Source: Candidatus Nanoarchaeia archaeon
Lineage (GTDB): Archaea > Nanobdellota > Nanobdellia > SCGC-AAA011-G17 > JACPNG01
Direction: 5' to 3'
NCBI GenBank assembly: GCA_028714095.1
Contig: JAQTMY010000001.1
Location: 2,147 to 66,146, forward strand
DNA length: 64,000 bases
The notes beneath the pieces are model-generated. The model saw only the letters and a list, made by a program, of their open reading frames with translations, had not been told where the DNA came from and ran no database searches. Below, piece by piece: positions 8,522 to 17,851 of the stretch (its first letter is position 1; every line of letters begins with the position of its first letter). The translations under genes and the position numbers were made by a program.

Positions 8522-10003
8522 TCATTCAGCATAAAACAAACAATAATTTCCTTTTTCTTTGATTAAAGTTAATCCACAGCCTTCAACTTGTTCACAAGAT
8601 TTATCATAAGCAATAATAGAAGAAATATTCAAGGATTTAATAATCTCCTTGAATTCATCGCATTCATTCTCATTCAGATGTTTTTTAGGATCCATTAATT
8701 TATTCCAGTATTCTTCACTTGGAATCTGAGGATAAAATCCAAACGCACTTTCAACATCATAATAAACCGGAAGATAGGCATCATAACTTCTTGGATGAGA
8801 GGTTATAGGAGCAGTCTCTAGAACAATAAACTTGCTTGTAACATAAGGAAATAATTCTAATGCATCATATTCATCCTGAGTATATTCAGTAAAATAAGGA
8901 GTTTTAAAGTGGCTAATTAAGATGCTTGCAATAATAATTAAAATTAAAACAACAGGAATTGATTTTTTTAATAAATTAGAACAACTCTCCCAATCTAATC
9001 TCAAGAATACAAGCAGTATTATCATCAGGAAAAACATAATATATGGATCCTGTGAAATATTTTTTAATAAAGGAACTAAAGGAGTAACTCTAAATAAGAA
9101 TAATATTCCCAATAAAACAGAAGGCAGGAAAAATAAGAACTCTTTCTTGGACTTTTTCTGTTTTAAGTAAATAAAGATTAAAACCAAAAAGACTAGAGCA
9201 ACAATAAAAGCGGTAATATTAGTCAATAACTCTCTGTTAATTCCAAGCCATAACCATTCTCCCTGTACCTGTTCTAATAATCTGGAGTTTTTCAGGTTTA
9301 ACAAAAAAGGAACCCACCAAAACGAAGTTATTGCCAGAGCTATTAATCCAGAAATTCCTATTTTGATTATATCCTTAAACCTCCTAGCTAAAATAAATCC
9401 TAAAACAAGGAATTGGGCTAAGAACATTTCCTGCTGATGTGACAATATTATTGGTATCTCAAGTAATATAAAATAAACAAAAAATTTCAGGTTAAGCTCT
9501 CTCTTGAGATAATAAAGCAACAAGACAAATAACCCCAAAGTAAAGACAATCCCAAACATTGTAGGCATTCTTCCCTGTCTAATCAGATTTCCAATAGCTA
9601 CAGCATTTCCAAAATACAATAAAAAGTAAAATAATATCTCAGAAAATTTCCATTTCTCATTCTTTCCTAGAATATAAATAAAGATAAATGCTACAACAAA
9701 CATCAGTATCCACGAAATCCAGGTAGCAGTCAAAACATTATTGGTTAAAACATACCAGGGATAGGCAAAAAACTGCCATCCAGGCGTATAACTGTGAAAA
9801 GACATAAACCCATTAAACCAATAAGGACATAGGTTGTTAAAACCGCACTTGCCCAGGAAAAACAAAGATGCCATGTAGGAAGCTACATCGTTTGTATAAT
9901 TCAAAGGAAATATTTTTAATAATTTAGATTGGTCTACAATCCTATATAAGAAATATCCACCTAGCATAAAGTTCAAAATCCAAAAAAATTTATCCCTTCT
10001 CAC
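8522..10003 (-). CDS. Multi-pass membrane protein, probable GT-C fold glycosyltransferase (PTPS-related membrane protein type)
   Basis: About 12 TM helices; acidic first loop (TNDVASY), YWFNG..FHSYTPG, SHQ, TSFWWVPF; lies in glycosylation locus. Confidence 0.7.
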   Translation of the reverse strand: MRRDKFFWILNFMLGGYFLYRIVDQSKLLKIFPLNYTNDVASYMASLFFLGKCGFNNLCPYWFNGFMSFHSYTPGWQFFAYPWYVLTNNVLTATWISWILMFVVAFIFIYILGKNEKWKFSEILFYFLLYFGNAVAIGNLIRQGRMPTMFGIVFTLGLFVLLLYYLKRELNLKFFVYFILLEIPIILSHQQEMFLAQFLVLGFILARRFKDIIKIGISGLIALAITSFWWVPFLLNLKNSRLLEQVQGEWLWLGINRELLTNITAFIVALVFLVLIFIYLKQKKSKKEFLFFLPSVLLGILFLFRVTPLVPLLKNISQDPYIMFFLMIILLVFLRLDWESCSNLLKKSIPVVLILIIIASILISHFKTPYFTEYTQDEYDALELFPYVTSKFIVLETAPITSHPRSYDAYLPVYYDVESAFGFYPQIPSEEYWNKLMDPKKHLNENECDEFKEIIKSLNISSIIAYDKSCEQVEGCGLTLIKEKGNYCLFYAE

Positions 10004-10025
10004 TCACTAAAACCTACTAACAAAA

Positions 10026-10033
10026 TTTATAAA
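10026..10033. promoter_or_regulatory. Palindromic TATA box shared by divergent genes
   Basis: TTTATAAA lies 23 nt from the start at 10003 (-) and 27 nt from the start at 10060 (+). Confidence 0.6.
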
Positions 10034-10059
10034 CATTTAGGTAACAAACAACAAGGAAA

Positions 10060-11421
10060 ATGGACAAGATAGACTCCCTGCTTAACAATAAAAGAATATC
10101 TATTTACCTGTTAATTTTCTTCACAATTGTAATAATAACTTTAGCAATGTTTTCAAATAGGTTGTCATTTCATGACACTCAGGAGTATATTGTAGTTTCA
10201 AAATATCTTGCTGGGATAGATAACATCAAGCCTTTTAGTGCCCATTCAATTGTTTATCCTGTAATTATCTCTTTTTTTCTTAAAATTCTAACTATAGAAT
10301 TAACTTTAAAACTGGCAAATGCCTTATGGATAATTTTAATAGGGTTTTTATTGTTAAATTTCAAATCAAAAAAATTGATTCTTTTATATATCTTCTCGCC
10401 AATGGTTTATATTTTATTTCCGCAGGTAACTCCCACTCTGCCAGCAGCATTCTTCTTCCTTTTAGCCTATTTATTCATAAAAAAATACGAAGAAACAAAC
10501 AAAAAACAATTTTTCATATTTTCAGGTCTATCTCTTGGAATGTGCTTTGCATTATACACTCCAATGATAATCCTTATGGCATTATTTATCCTTGCTTATT
10601 TCTACGATAAAAAACTAACAAATGTAATTTATTATTTGTTGCTTTTAATTCCGGGCTTATTGATAGAATTAGTAGTAGATCAAATCTACTTTGGATTCCC
10701 TTTCTATTCAATAATAAGATATCTTGGCTCTAATGTTTTAGTTGCTTTAGGCTTAAACCAGAATATTTCATTTGATCAAACCTATCACTTCATTAATTCA
10801 ATTCCTTTATTGATATTTGGAATCTCTCCCCTGCTTGTCCTTATCTTCAAGGCAAAATTCAAGGAATTTAAGAGAGAATTTATATTTATTATTCCTTTTG
10901 TTTTATTCTTCTTATACAGGGGAGGTGCCCAGTTAAAGTACATTTTCTTGGTTGCCCCAATTTTATTATTAATTTTATCTAAGATATTAACAAAAAAATT
11001 AGTGATAGTAAGCATAATAATTTCCATAATAATTACTCCATTCTTAATCTCTGATTACTTTGGTGAAACAACTGATAAAATAATAAAAGATGATATAAAT
11101 TCTATAAAACAGGATTTTAATCCAAAAGAAGTATTAGCTGGAAAAAATCTTGCTTTAGTTTTAGCCGGGTTACAATTTAAAGATTCTATCTATATAGTCT
11201 GGCCAGAGGAAATAGGCAATAAAACAACAAGGAGTTATAAATTTGTGATGGACTCAAAGATAGATGTCCTTAATTCAATAGAATTCACAGCAGACATGAA
11301 GATAAACAATCCAGAAAAATATGACAATTTATTATTAGTTGAAAGAAAAGACCAGACCTCTAAGGATTACAAGGAGCTTAAATGCTACAAAGAACTTTGT
11401 GTATATGAAAAACTAGACTAA
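10060..11421 (+). CDS. Multi-pass membrane protein, probable GT-C (GT39/ArnT-like) glycosyltransferase
   Basis: FHDTQEY after TM1, HSIVYP, about 11 TM helices, soluble C-terminal domain. Confidence 0.7.
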   Translation: MDKIDSLLNNKRISIYLLIFFTIVIITLAMFSNRLSFHDTQEYIVVSKYLAGIDNIKPFSAHSIVYPVIISFFLKILTIELTLKLANALWIILIGFLLLNFKSKKLILLYIFSPMVYILFPQVTPTLPAAFFFLLAYLFIKKYEETNKKQFFIFSGLSLGMCFALYTPMIILMALFILAYFYDKKLTNVIYYLLLLIPGLLIELVVDQIYFGFPFYSIIRYLGSNVLVALGLNQNISFDQTYHFINSIPLLIFGISPLLVLIFKAKFKEFKREFIFIIPFVLFFLYRGGAQLKYIFLVAPILLLILSKILTKKLVIVSIIISIIITPFLISDYFGETTDKIIKDDINSIKQDFNPKEVLAGKNLALVLAGLQFKDSIYIVWPEEIGNKTTRSYKFVMDSKIDVLNSIEFTADMKINNPEKYDNLLLVERKDQTSKDYKELKCYKELCVYEKLD

Positions 11422-11491
11422 AAATATTATATTATAGAATATAATTCCATCTGTCGGCAACTTTATAAATTCATTATAGCCAATTCTAAAA

Positions 11492-12877
11492 ATGAAGATT
11501 TTGCTTTTAACCGCAATGGCCAATACTCATTATGTAGTGCCTCCTACTAGCCTAGGCTATCTTGCCAGCGCAGTTCGTAATTCAGGCAATGAAGTCATTA
11601 TAATAGATGGGACAAAAGAAAAATTAACACCTGGAAAACTGTCAAATTCATTAAACAAAATTAATCCAGACCTAGTCGGAATAACAGTATTTTCATGCGA
11701 TATAAATGTTGTAAAAAATTATATTAATGTAATCAAGAAATTTAACAATAATATTCATGTAATTCTTGGCGGCCCTCACGTTTCAGGCGTAGAAACTGAA
11801 ATCTTTGAAAACTTTCCAGGGATAGATTATGCAATAACTGGAGAAGCAGAAAAAGGATTCCCGATGTTGTTAAATCAGATATCAAAGAAGACAAAGAACT
11901 TCAAGGACATTCCTGGATTGATATGGAAAGAAAATTCCAAGATAAATCATAATCCTTCTTATTTTGAGTGTGATTTGGATAAATTAGACTTCCCTGCATG
12001 GGATCTAATAGATCCAAGAACCTATCCAAAAGCACCACAAGGAGCAGTATTTAGAAATTATCCTATAGCCCCAATGATAATGAGCAGGGGCTGTCCATTT
12101 CAGTGTACTTACTGTGCAAGCAAGGTTGTCACAGGACAGAAATTCAGGAAAAGAAGCGTTGATAATATAATGAAGGAAGTTGAATTATTATATAATAAGT
12201 TTAAGATAAAGGAGATTCATATTGTTGATGACACATTTACCTTAGACAGGCAAAGAGTAATTGATTTTTGTAATGAATTGATAAAAAGAAAGATAAGAAT
12301 AACCTATACATTCCCAAACGGAGTAAGATTAGATACCCTAGATGAAGAGCTTCTTAGATTATTGAAGAAAACAGGATGTTATGCAATGTCTGTAGGTATA
12401 GAATCAGGAAGCCAGGAAATCTTGAATGACATGAAAAAGAATCTAAACCTAAAATTAATCAAGGAAAAAATAGATTTAATCAATAAAATCGGAATCGATG
12501 TCAATGGATTCTTTATTGTAGGTTATCCTGGAGAAACAAGAAAAACAATACTAAAAACAATTAAATTTGCTAAAAAACTAAAAATAAAAAGAGCTCACTT
12601 TAGTGCTTTCTTACCTCTGCCTGGAACAGAATCAACCAAAAAGCTAAAAGACAATGGAAAGATAAATAAGATAGACTATAGTAAGTTATTTTATTCAGAC
12701 GTTCCTTACTCACCAGACGGAATGACCAGAAAGGAACTTAAACAACTGCAAAGAAGGGCCTTTTTGGAATTTTACTTAAGGCCAAGGATAATATGGTACA
12801 TGATACTGGAAATAAAAACTTTTGATCATTTATTATCTCTACTAAAAAGAGCAAGAGATTATGCATTTGGAAGATGA
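11492..12877 (+). CDS. B12-binding domain radical SAM protein
   Basis: PPTSLGYLAS, ILGGPHVS, GEAE, SRGCPFQCTYC (CxxxCxxC), VDDTF, GIESGS, FIVGYPGET. Confidence 0.92.
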   Translation: MKILLLTAMANTHYVVPPTSLGYLASAVRNSGNEVIIIDGTKEKLTPGKLSNSLNKINPDLVGITVFSCDINVVKNYINVIKKFNNNIHVILGGPHVSGVETEIFENFPGIDYAITGEAEKGFPMLLNQISKKTKNFKDIPGLIWKENSKINHNPSYFECDLDKLDFPAWDLIDPRTYPKAPQGAVFRNYPIAPMIMSRGCPFQCTYCASKVVTGQKFRKRSVDNIMKEVELLYNKFKIKEIHIVDDTFTLDRQRVIDFCNELIKRKIRITYTFPNGVRLDTLDEELLRLLKKTGCYAMSVGIESGSQEILNDMKKNLNLKLIKEKIDLINKIGIDVNGFFIVGYPGETRKTILKTIKFAKKLKIKRAHFSAFLPLPGTESTKKLKDNGKINKIDYSKLFYSDVPYSPDGMTRKELKQLQRRAFLEFYLRPRIIWYMILEIKTFDHLLSLLKRARDYAFGR

Positions 12878-14121
12878 AAAAAATAATAATCCTAGGAGCA
12901 GGCCTTTCAGGATTGGCTGCAGCAATAGAATTATCCCCTGAAAATAAAGTTCTGGTTCTTGAAAAAAACAAGTTTATTGGTGGTTTGGCTGCCTCTTTTG
13001 AATATAAAAAGTACAAAATCCCTTTCTATTACCATCATATTTTTAGCCATGATTCAATAACATTGTCTTTTCTTAAAAGATTCAATAACTCAGAATTAAT
13101 ATGGAAAAAGATAAAAATGGCGGTCCTAGTAAACAATAAAATATACAATTTCACAAATCCTCTTGCATTATTGAGGTTTAATTATCTAACCTTCAAAGAG
13201 AAAATAAGATATGGTTTATTTGGTTTCTATGTTTTTTATATCCTAAATCCTGAAAAAATTCCTGATAGATTAAATGCAGAAGAATGGTTAAAAAAACATG
13301 CAGGAAGAGGAGTAACTAAAAAATTATTCTATGAATTGTATGCAAAAAATAAATTCAATATCCCTTTAAGCGAGATTTCAGCAAAGCAATTCGCTCATAG
13401 GTTAAAAGCAAAAGAAGCCTTAGGCATTTTTGGCTATCCAAAAAACGGACTTGATTTACTAATAGAAAATATGAAAAAACAAATTGGGGAAAATAAATCC
13501 GAGATTTTAACAGATCAGAAAATCCAATCAATTGACTTAATCAAAAAAGAAATTAAAGTTAATAATAAAAAAATAAGATATGATATTTTAATCAATACGA
13601 TTCCCATTCCAGAATTCCTGAAAATAGCAAAAGGTCTTCCAAAATCTTATGAGGAAAAAATCTCAAAGATAAGATATTGCCCCGCAGTCTCAATTGCAAT
13701 AGGAACAGACAAGTTCCTATCAAATCATTACTGGCTTAATGTTTTGAAAGAGCCTAAACTGCAGATGATAATGCAGCATTCTTGGTTATACAACAATTAC
13801 CCTGAAAAAATAACCTGGTTGTTGAGGTATGGCGGATCTGAAGAGGATTTGAATCTCAGCGACGAAGAAATATTCAAGGAGTATTCAAGTTCATTAAAAA
13901 AATATTTTCCAAATGTAAATATAGATTGGTACAAAGTTTTCAGGGAAAAATACGCAGAGCCAGTTTATGATAAGAATTATTCTTTATACAAACCAGACTA
14001 CAAAACACCAATACCTTCTTTGTATCATGCAGGCATTCAAATTACCTATCCTTTAATAAGAAACATGAACTCCGCTCTGATTTCTGGATTGGAGGTTGCT
14101 AAACTGATCAAGGAAACCTAG
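12874..14121 (+). CDS. FAD-dependent oxidoreductase (amine oxidase/protoporphyrinogen oxidase-like)
   Basis: IIILGAGLSGLAAA Rossmann motif, EKNKFIGGLAAS, YYHHIF, RNMNSALISG. Confidence 0.85.
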   Translation: MKKIIILGAGLSGLAAAIELSPENKVLVLEKNKFIGGLAASFEYKKYKIPFYYHHIFSHDSITLSFLKRFNNSELIWKKIKMAVLVNNKIYNFTNPLALLRFNYLTFKEKIRYGLFGFYVFYILNPEKIPDRLNAEEWLKKHAGRGVTKKLFYELYAKNKFNIPLSEISAKQFAHRLKAKEALGIFGYPKNGLDLLIENMKKQIGENKSEILTDQKIQSIDLIKKEIKVNNKKIRYDILINTIPIPEFLKIAKGLPKSYEEKISKIRYCPAVSIAIGTDKFLSNHYWLNVLKEPKLQMIMQHSWLYNNYPEKITWLLRYGGSEEDLNLSDEEIFKEYSSSLKKYFPNVNIDWYKVFREKYAEPVYDKNYSLYKPDYKTPIPSLYHAGIQITYPLIRNMNSALISGLEVAKLIKET

Positions 14122-14776
14122 AATTAATCTTGGCATAAATTCTTGTCGTAGTCAACAAAACCAGATTTCCTTTTTTAATCATGAACAATTTTCCATCCTT
14201 GAGATTTTTAAGAAATTCTTTTGGGTTATCTCTGTCAAATTCATTAACTTCAGCATAAGATCTGCCAATTTCAATTGGCCAGTGAGCATCGCTCCCAGCC
14301 CCTTTAACTGCGTTTATTTTGTCTGAATAAGAAATAGCCTTTCTCATATCCTTCATCCCAAAAATTCTTGAATTATAAATCTCAACTATATCAATTTTAT
14401 TTTTTAAATCAAACTCACCGTTTTTCTCAAAAAAAGCACTTCTCTTCCTGAACCTATCATAAGGATGGGGAAAATAAACCAAAGCTCCCTGCGCCTTTAT
14501 TTTATCTATTGCTTCAAAAATATCTAAATCTCTTTTAATCTCCTCATTAACAAACAAACCAGTTATGTCCCCAAATCTTCCATTATAAACAGCTTTAATT
14601 TCCTCACCAACAACACAATCTTTATATTTTTCTCTATAAGCCAAAGCTCCCTTGATTGTATTGTGGTCAGTTATAAAAGGAAAAATATTTTTCTTTAAGC
14701 AAATCTTCCTCAGTCTGTCTATAGTAATAGGTCCTTCTCTGCTAACATTTGTATGAATGTGCATGTCAACTTTCAT
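14108..14776 (-). CDS. PHP-domain phosphoesterase
   Basis: DMHIHT, ITDHN, GEEI, PHPYD, EIYNSR, GSDAH. Confidence 0.9.
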   Translation of the reverse strand: MKVDMHIHTNVSREGPITIDRLRKICLKKNIFPFITDHNTIKGALAYREKYKDCVVGEEIKAVYNGRFGDITGLFVNEEIKRDLDIFEAIDKIKAQGALVYFPHPYDRFRKRSAFFEKNGEFDLKNKIDIVEIYNSRIFGMKDMRKAISYSDKINAVKGAGSDAHWPIEIGRSYAEVNEFDRDNPKEFLKNLKDGKLFMIKKGNLVLLTTTRIYAKINSRFP

Positions 14777-15836
14777 ATTCTCTAAATTTCTCTCCCCATC
14801 CAGTTTTCATAAATTTATTTATTCTATGTTTTCCAACAGAGTTATACCATATTTTATCATGATAAAAATAACTTCCAAAAATAGCTAGATTAAACAAACC
14901 AGTATGAAACAGCATAGGCTCAACAAACTTCAAAGAACCTTTCCTGAAAGTTTGGTCCCAATAGATTACAGGGCTTTTTCCTGTATTAAATCTAAGATTT
15001 ATTTTTTTAATATCTAATCCTTCTATGTCAAGACTGTCAACATCCCCATTTCCAAGTCCATAATCATGAGCCATCTTGATAAATTTAATCTTCATAGGAT
15101 CAAAACCCATTAACTTGGCAGCAACAGCATCAATAGCTACCTGGTCTTCAGAAGCCAAGATCATATTGGTAATAACCGGTTTCATTGTTCTCGGACCGTT
15201 TCCATTTCCAGCTACACTTCCATCCATTACAGCTAACATTTTAGGATGTATCTTTTTCTGTATTTTAAGCAAGTCAACTAAAATTTCATGTATCATTTTA
15301 TGACAATGATGTCTTCTTTCAGTTATTAACCCTCCAAAGGCATTTTTCATAGCACCAGTCATTGTTGTATGCCCGTGTGTTTTCAAAGTAGGCAGATGAA
15401 CAATAGGCTTGTTATAAAACATTTCAGGAATCTTTAATCCATCAGGGAATATGTAAGGGATTGCATCAAAATCAAAATTATCCTTTAATCTAACCCATTT
15501 TGCCTCAGTCAAAGGTTTATAATCTAGATTATATTTATCCAAAATAGGCAGCCATTTATTTCCCTTAGCTCCTTTCCAGACATCAGTCACAACAGTCCTG
15601 TTCTCAACAGGAATTAAATTATTAAAACCTCTGTCCTTTAATCCTCTAACAACCCCCTCTAACTGCCAGGGCTCTGTAGAACAGGCAGGATAATATAAAC
15701 TCCAGGATAGATTTAATTTTAATAATATTTCATCTTTTTTGTTAAAGATCTTAGAAACATTAACTCTTTCAAGTAAATCCTCATAGTCTTTTAGCACATT
15801 TTCAGGGCTTGTCTTGAGAATAACTACTTTTGACAT
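14766..15836 (-). CDS. DUF362 domain protein
   Basis: LLKLNLSW, STEP, LPTLKTHGHTTMTGAMKNAFG, DG..AGNGNGP, DQVAIDAV. Confidence 0.85.
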   Translation of the reverse strand: MSKVVILKTSPENVLKDYEDLLERVNVSKIFNKKDEILLKLNLSWSLYYPACSTEPWQLEGVVRGLKDRGFNNLIPVENRTVVTDVWKGAKGNKWLPILDKYNLDYKPLTEAKWVRLKDNFDFDAIPYIFPDGLKIPEMFYNKPIVHLPTLKTHGHTTMTGAMKNAFGGLITERRHHCHKMIHEILVDLLKIQKKIHPKMLAVMDGSVAGNGNGPRTMKPVITNMILASEDQVAIDAVAAKLMGFDPMKIKFIKMAHDYGLGNGDVDSLDIEGLDIKKINLRFNTGKSPVIYWDQTFRKGSLKFVEPMLFHTGLFNLAIFGSYFYHDKIWYNSVGKHRINKFMKTGWGEKFREYES

Positions 15837-15858
15837 ATATAACTGCCCCCTAACAATC

Positions 15859-15866
15859 TTTATAAA
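15859..15866. promoter_or_regulatory. Palindromic TATA box shared by divergent genes
   Basis: TTTATAAA lies 23 nt from the start at 15836 (-) and 22 nt from the start at 15888 (+). Confidence 0.6.
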
Positions 15867-15887
15867 TATTTTTGTGATAAAAATCCC

Positions 15888-16733
15888 ATGAATTATCTGT
15901 TTAATTTGCTTAGGATAAGGCAGTATTACAAGAACCTATTAATTTTTCTTCCTTTAATATTCGTGGGTTCTTTTTTTAATAAAAACCTTTTATTAGATAT
16001 TTTTCTTGGATTCATAGCCCTATGTTTAGTATCCTCTTCAAACTATATAATAAATGATATATTTGATATTAAAAAAGACGAGGAACATCCGGAAAAAAGG
16101 CTAAGAGCATTAGCCTCAAAAAAAATATCAATTCCTTTGGCAATTTTTATTTTCATTATTACCCTAATATCCTCCCTTGTAATCTCCTATTTACTATCTG
16201 AAAAATTCTTTTATGCTGTTTTAGCCATGTTTGTTTTAACTCAGTTTTATACTCTATTCCTAAAAAATCAACCCTTTGTGGATATTTTAATGATTTCAGT
16301 AAATTTTGTCATAAGGGCTATATCTGGAGCATTCATCATTAACGCAACTCTTTCTCCCTGGTTAATAGCCTGCACCTTTTTCCTTGCTCTATTCATAGCA
16401 ACAGGCAAAAGAGAGTCAGATTTATTATTGTTAAAGAATAATTTCCAGAATCACAAGCCAGTCCTAAAGTATTACACAAAAGAAATAACCCAGTCTTTGA
16501 TGATAATTTCTACAACATTACTAATAACAACCTATAGTCTTTATAGTTTCCTAAGCCAATACCCTAATTTAATTTTTACAATCCCTTTTGCCATTTATGT
16601 AATCTTTAGGTATTTCCTTCTTGTGAAAGAAGGCTCGATAATAGCAAGGCATCCAGAAAAAATACTAAAGGACAAATCAATAACAATAGGTTTAATATTG
16701 TGGATATTAACCATTTTCCTGATAATTTACTAA
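15888..16733 (+). CDS. UbiA-family polyprenyl-phosphate phosphoribosyltransferase (DPPR-synthase-like)
   Basis: RIRQYYKNLLIF, NYIINDIFDIKKDEEHPEKRLRALAS, FVIRAISG, GKRESD. Confidence 0.88.
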   Translation: MNYLFNLLRIRQYYKNLLIFLPLIFVGSFFNKNLLLDIFLGFIALCLVSSSNYIINDIFDIKKDEEHPEKRLRALASKKISIPLAIFIFIITLISSLVISYLLSEKFFYAVLAMFVLTQFYTLFLKNQPFVDILMISVNFVIRAISGAFIINATLSPWLIACTFFLALFIATGKRESDLLLLKNNFQNHKPVLKYYTKEITQSLMIISTTLLITTYSLYSFLSQYPNLIFTIPFAIYVIFRYFLLVKEGSIIARHPEKILKDKSITIGLILWILTIFLIIY

Positions 16734-16734
16734 A

Positions 16735-17814
16735 ATGAAAGTTTTGTTTATAACCCATGCAGGAACAAAGTACGAAAATATCAGTTCTATTGCTGAAATT
16801 GTTGATGAAGTAACTGTCTTAGGTTATATAAAACACAGGAATGAAATTATAAGATACCCCCCTCAACCTTCAATAAAAGAAAACATAAGGATAATCTATG
16901 CCAAAAACCTAATCTCTTTTCTTTTAAAACCAAGAAAAATAAAAGCAGATTTAGTAATAGCACATTGCCCAATCTCAGGTTTGGCAGCCTATCTCTCAGG
17001 AAAAAAATTCAAATTCTTAATGTGTCAGGATTTTTATGAATATCATGAACTAGTTAGACAGCCAAAATTAAAAAAATTAATTTCTCTTTTCCTAATAAAA
17101 GCTATGACAAGGATAAGTTGCAAAAATGCTTCTTCAGTAATATGTTTATCTACCTATATCCAAAAGAAAGCTATTGGTTATGGAGCAAAAAAAACAAATG
17201 TAATACCTATGTGGGGGATTGATATGAAACATCTATCTCCAAACAATAAAGATCCAGACTTAAAAAAGAAACTTGGAATAAAGAATCAAAAAGTATTATT
17301 TACCTTAGCAAGACTTTCTCCAGAAAAAGGTTTACAATATTTAATAAAATCTATAAAAATCCTTGAAAAGGAAAATATTTTCCTGATTATAGCAGGCAAA
17401 GGTTCAGAAGAAATTTATCTTAAAAATTTAGTAAAACAATTAAACCTAGGATCAAAAATTATTTTTATTAATTATATCCCTTTTGAAGAAGTACCCCACT
17501 ACCATAACATCGCAGATATTTGTTTATTGGTAAGTTTAAAGGAAGGGTTGGGTATTGGGGCAATAGAACCCCTAGCCTGTAAAAAACCAGTTATTGGTTC
17601 TAACACTGGAGGGATAGTAGACACAATAATACATAATAAAACAGGTTTGTTGGTAGAACCTGGAAATTCCCAGCAGATAGCAGATTCAATTATGCTTTTG
17701 TTAAAGGATAAAAAATTAAGATATAGATTAGTCCAGGAAGGATTCAAACACGTTTCTAAAAACTTTGAACAGAAAAAGGTAATCAAAAGATATCAGGAAG
17801 AAATTCTCAATTAA
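16735..17814 (+). CDS. Glycosyltransferase family 4
   Basis: ARLSPEKG, IAGKG, SLKEGLGIGAIEPLACKKPVIGSNTGG, TGLLVEPGN. Confidence 0.92.
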   Translation: MKVLFITHAGTKYENISSIAEIVDEVTVLGYIKHRNEIIRYPPQPSIKENIRIIYAKNLISFLLKPRKIKADLVIAHCPISGLAAYLSGKKFKFLMCQDFYEYHELVRQPKLKKLISLFLIKAMTRISCKNASSVICLSTYIQKKAIGYGAKKTNVIPMWGIDMKHLSPNNKDPDLKKKLGIKNQKVLFTLARLSPEKGLQYLIKSIKILEKENIFLIIAGKGSEEIYLKNLVKQLNLGSKIIFINYIPFEEVPHYHNIADICLLVSLKEGLGIGAIEPLACKKPVIGSNTGGIVDTIIHNKTGLLVEPGNSQQIADSIMLLLKDKKLRYRLVQEGFKHVSKNFEQKKVIKRYQEEILN

Positions 17815-17851
17815 AAATTTTTAAAAGAAAAAAAAGAAAAAAAGGTTAAAT

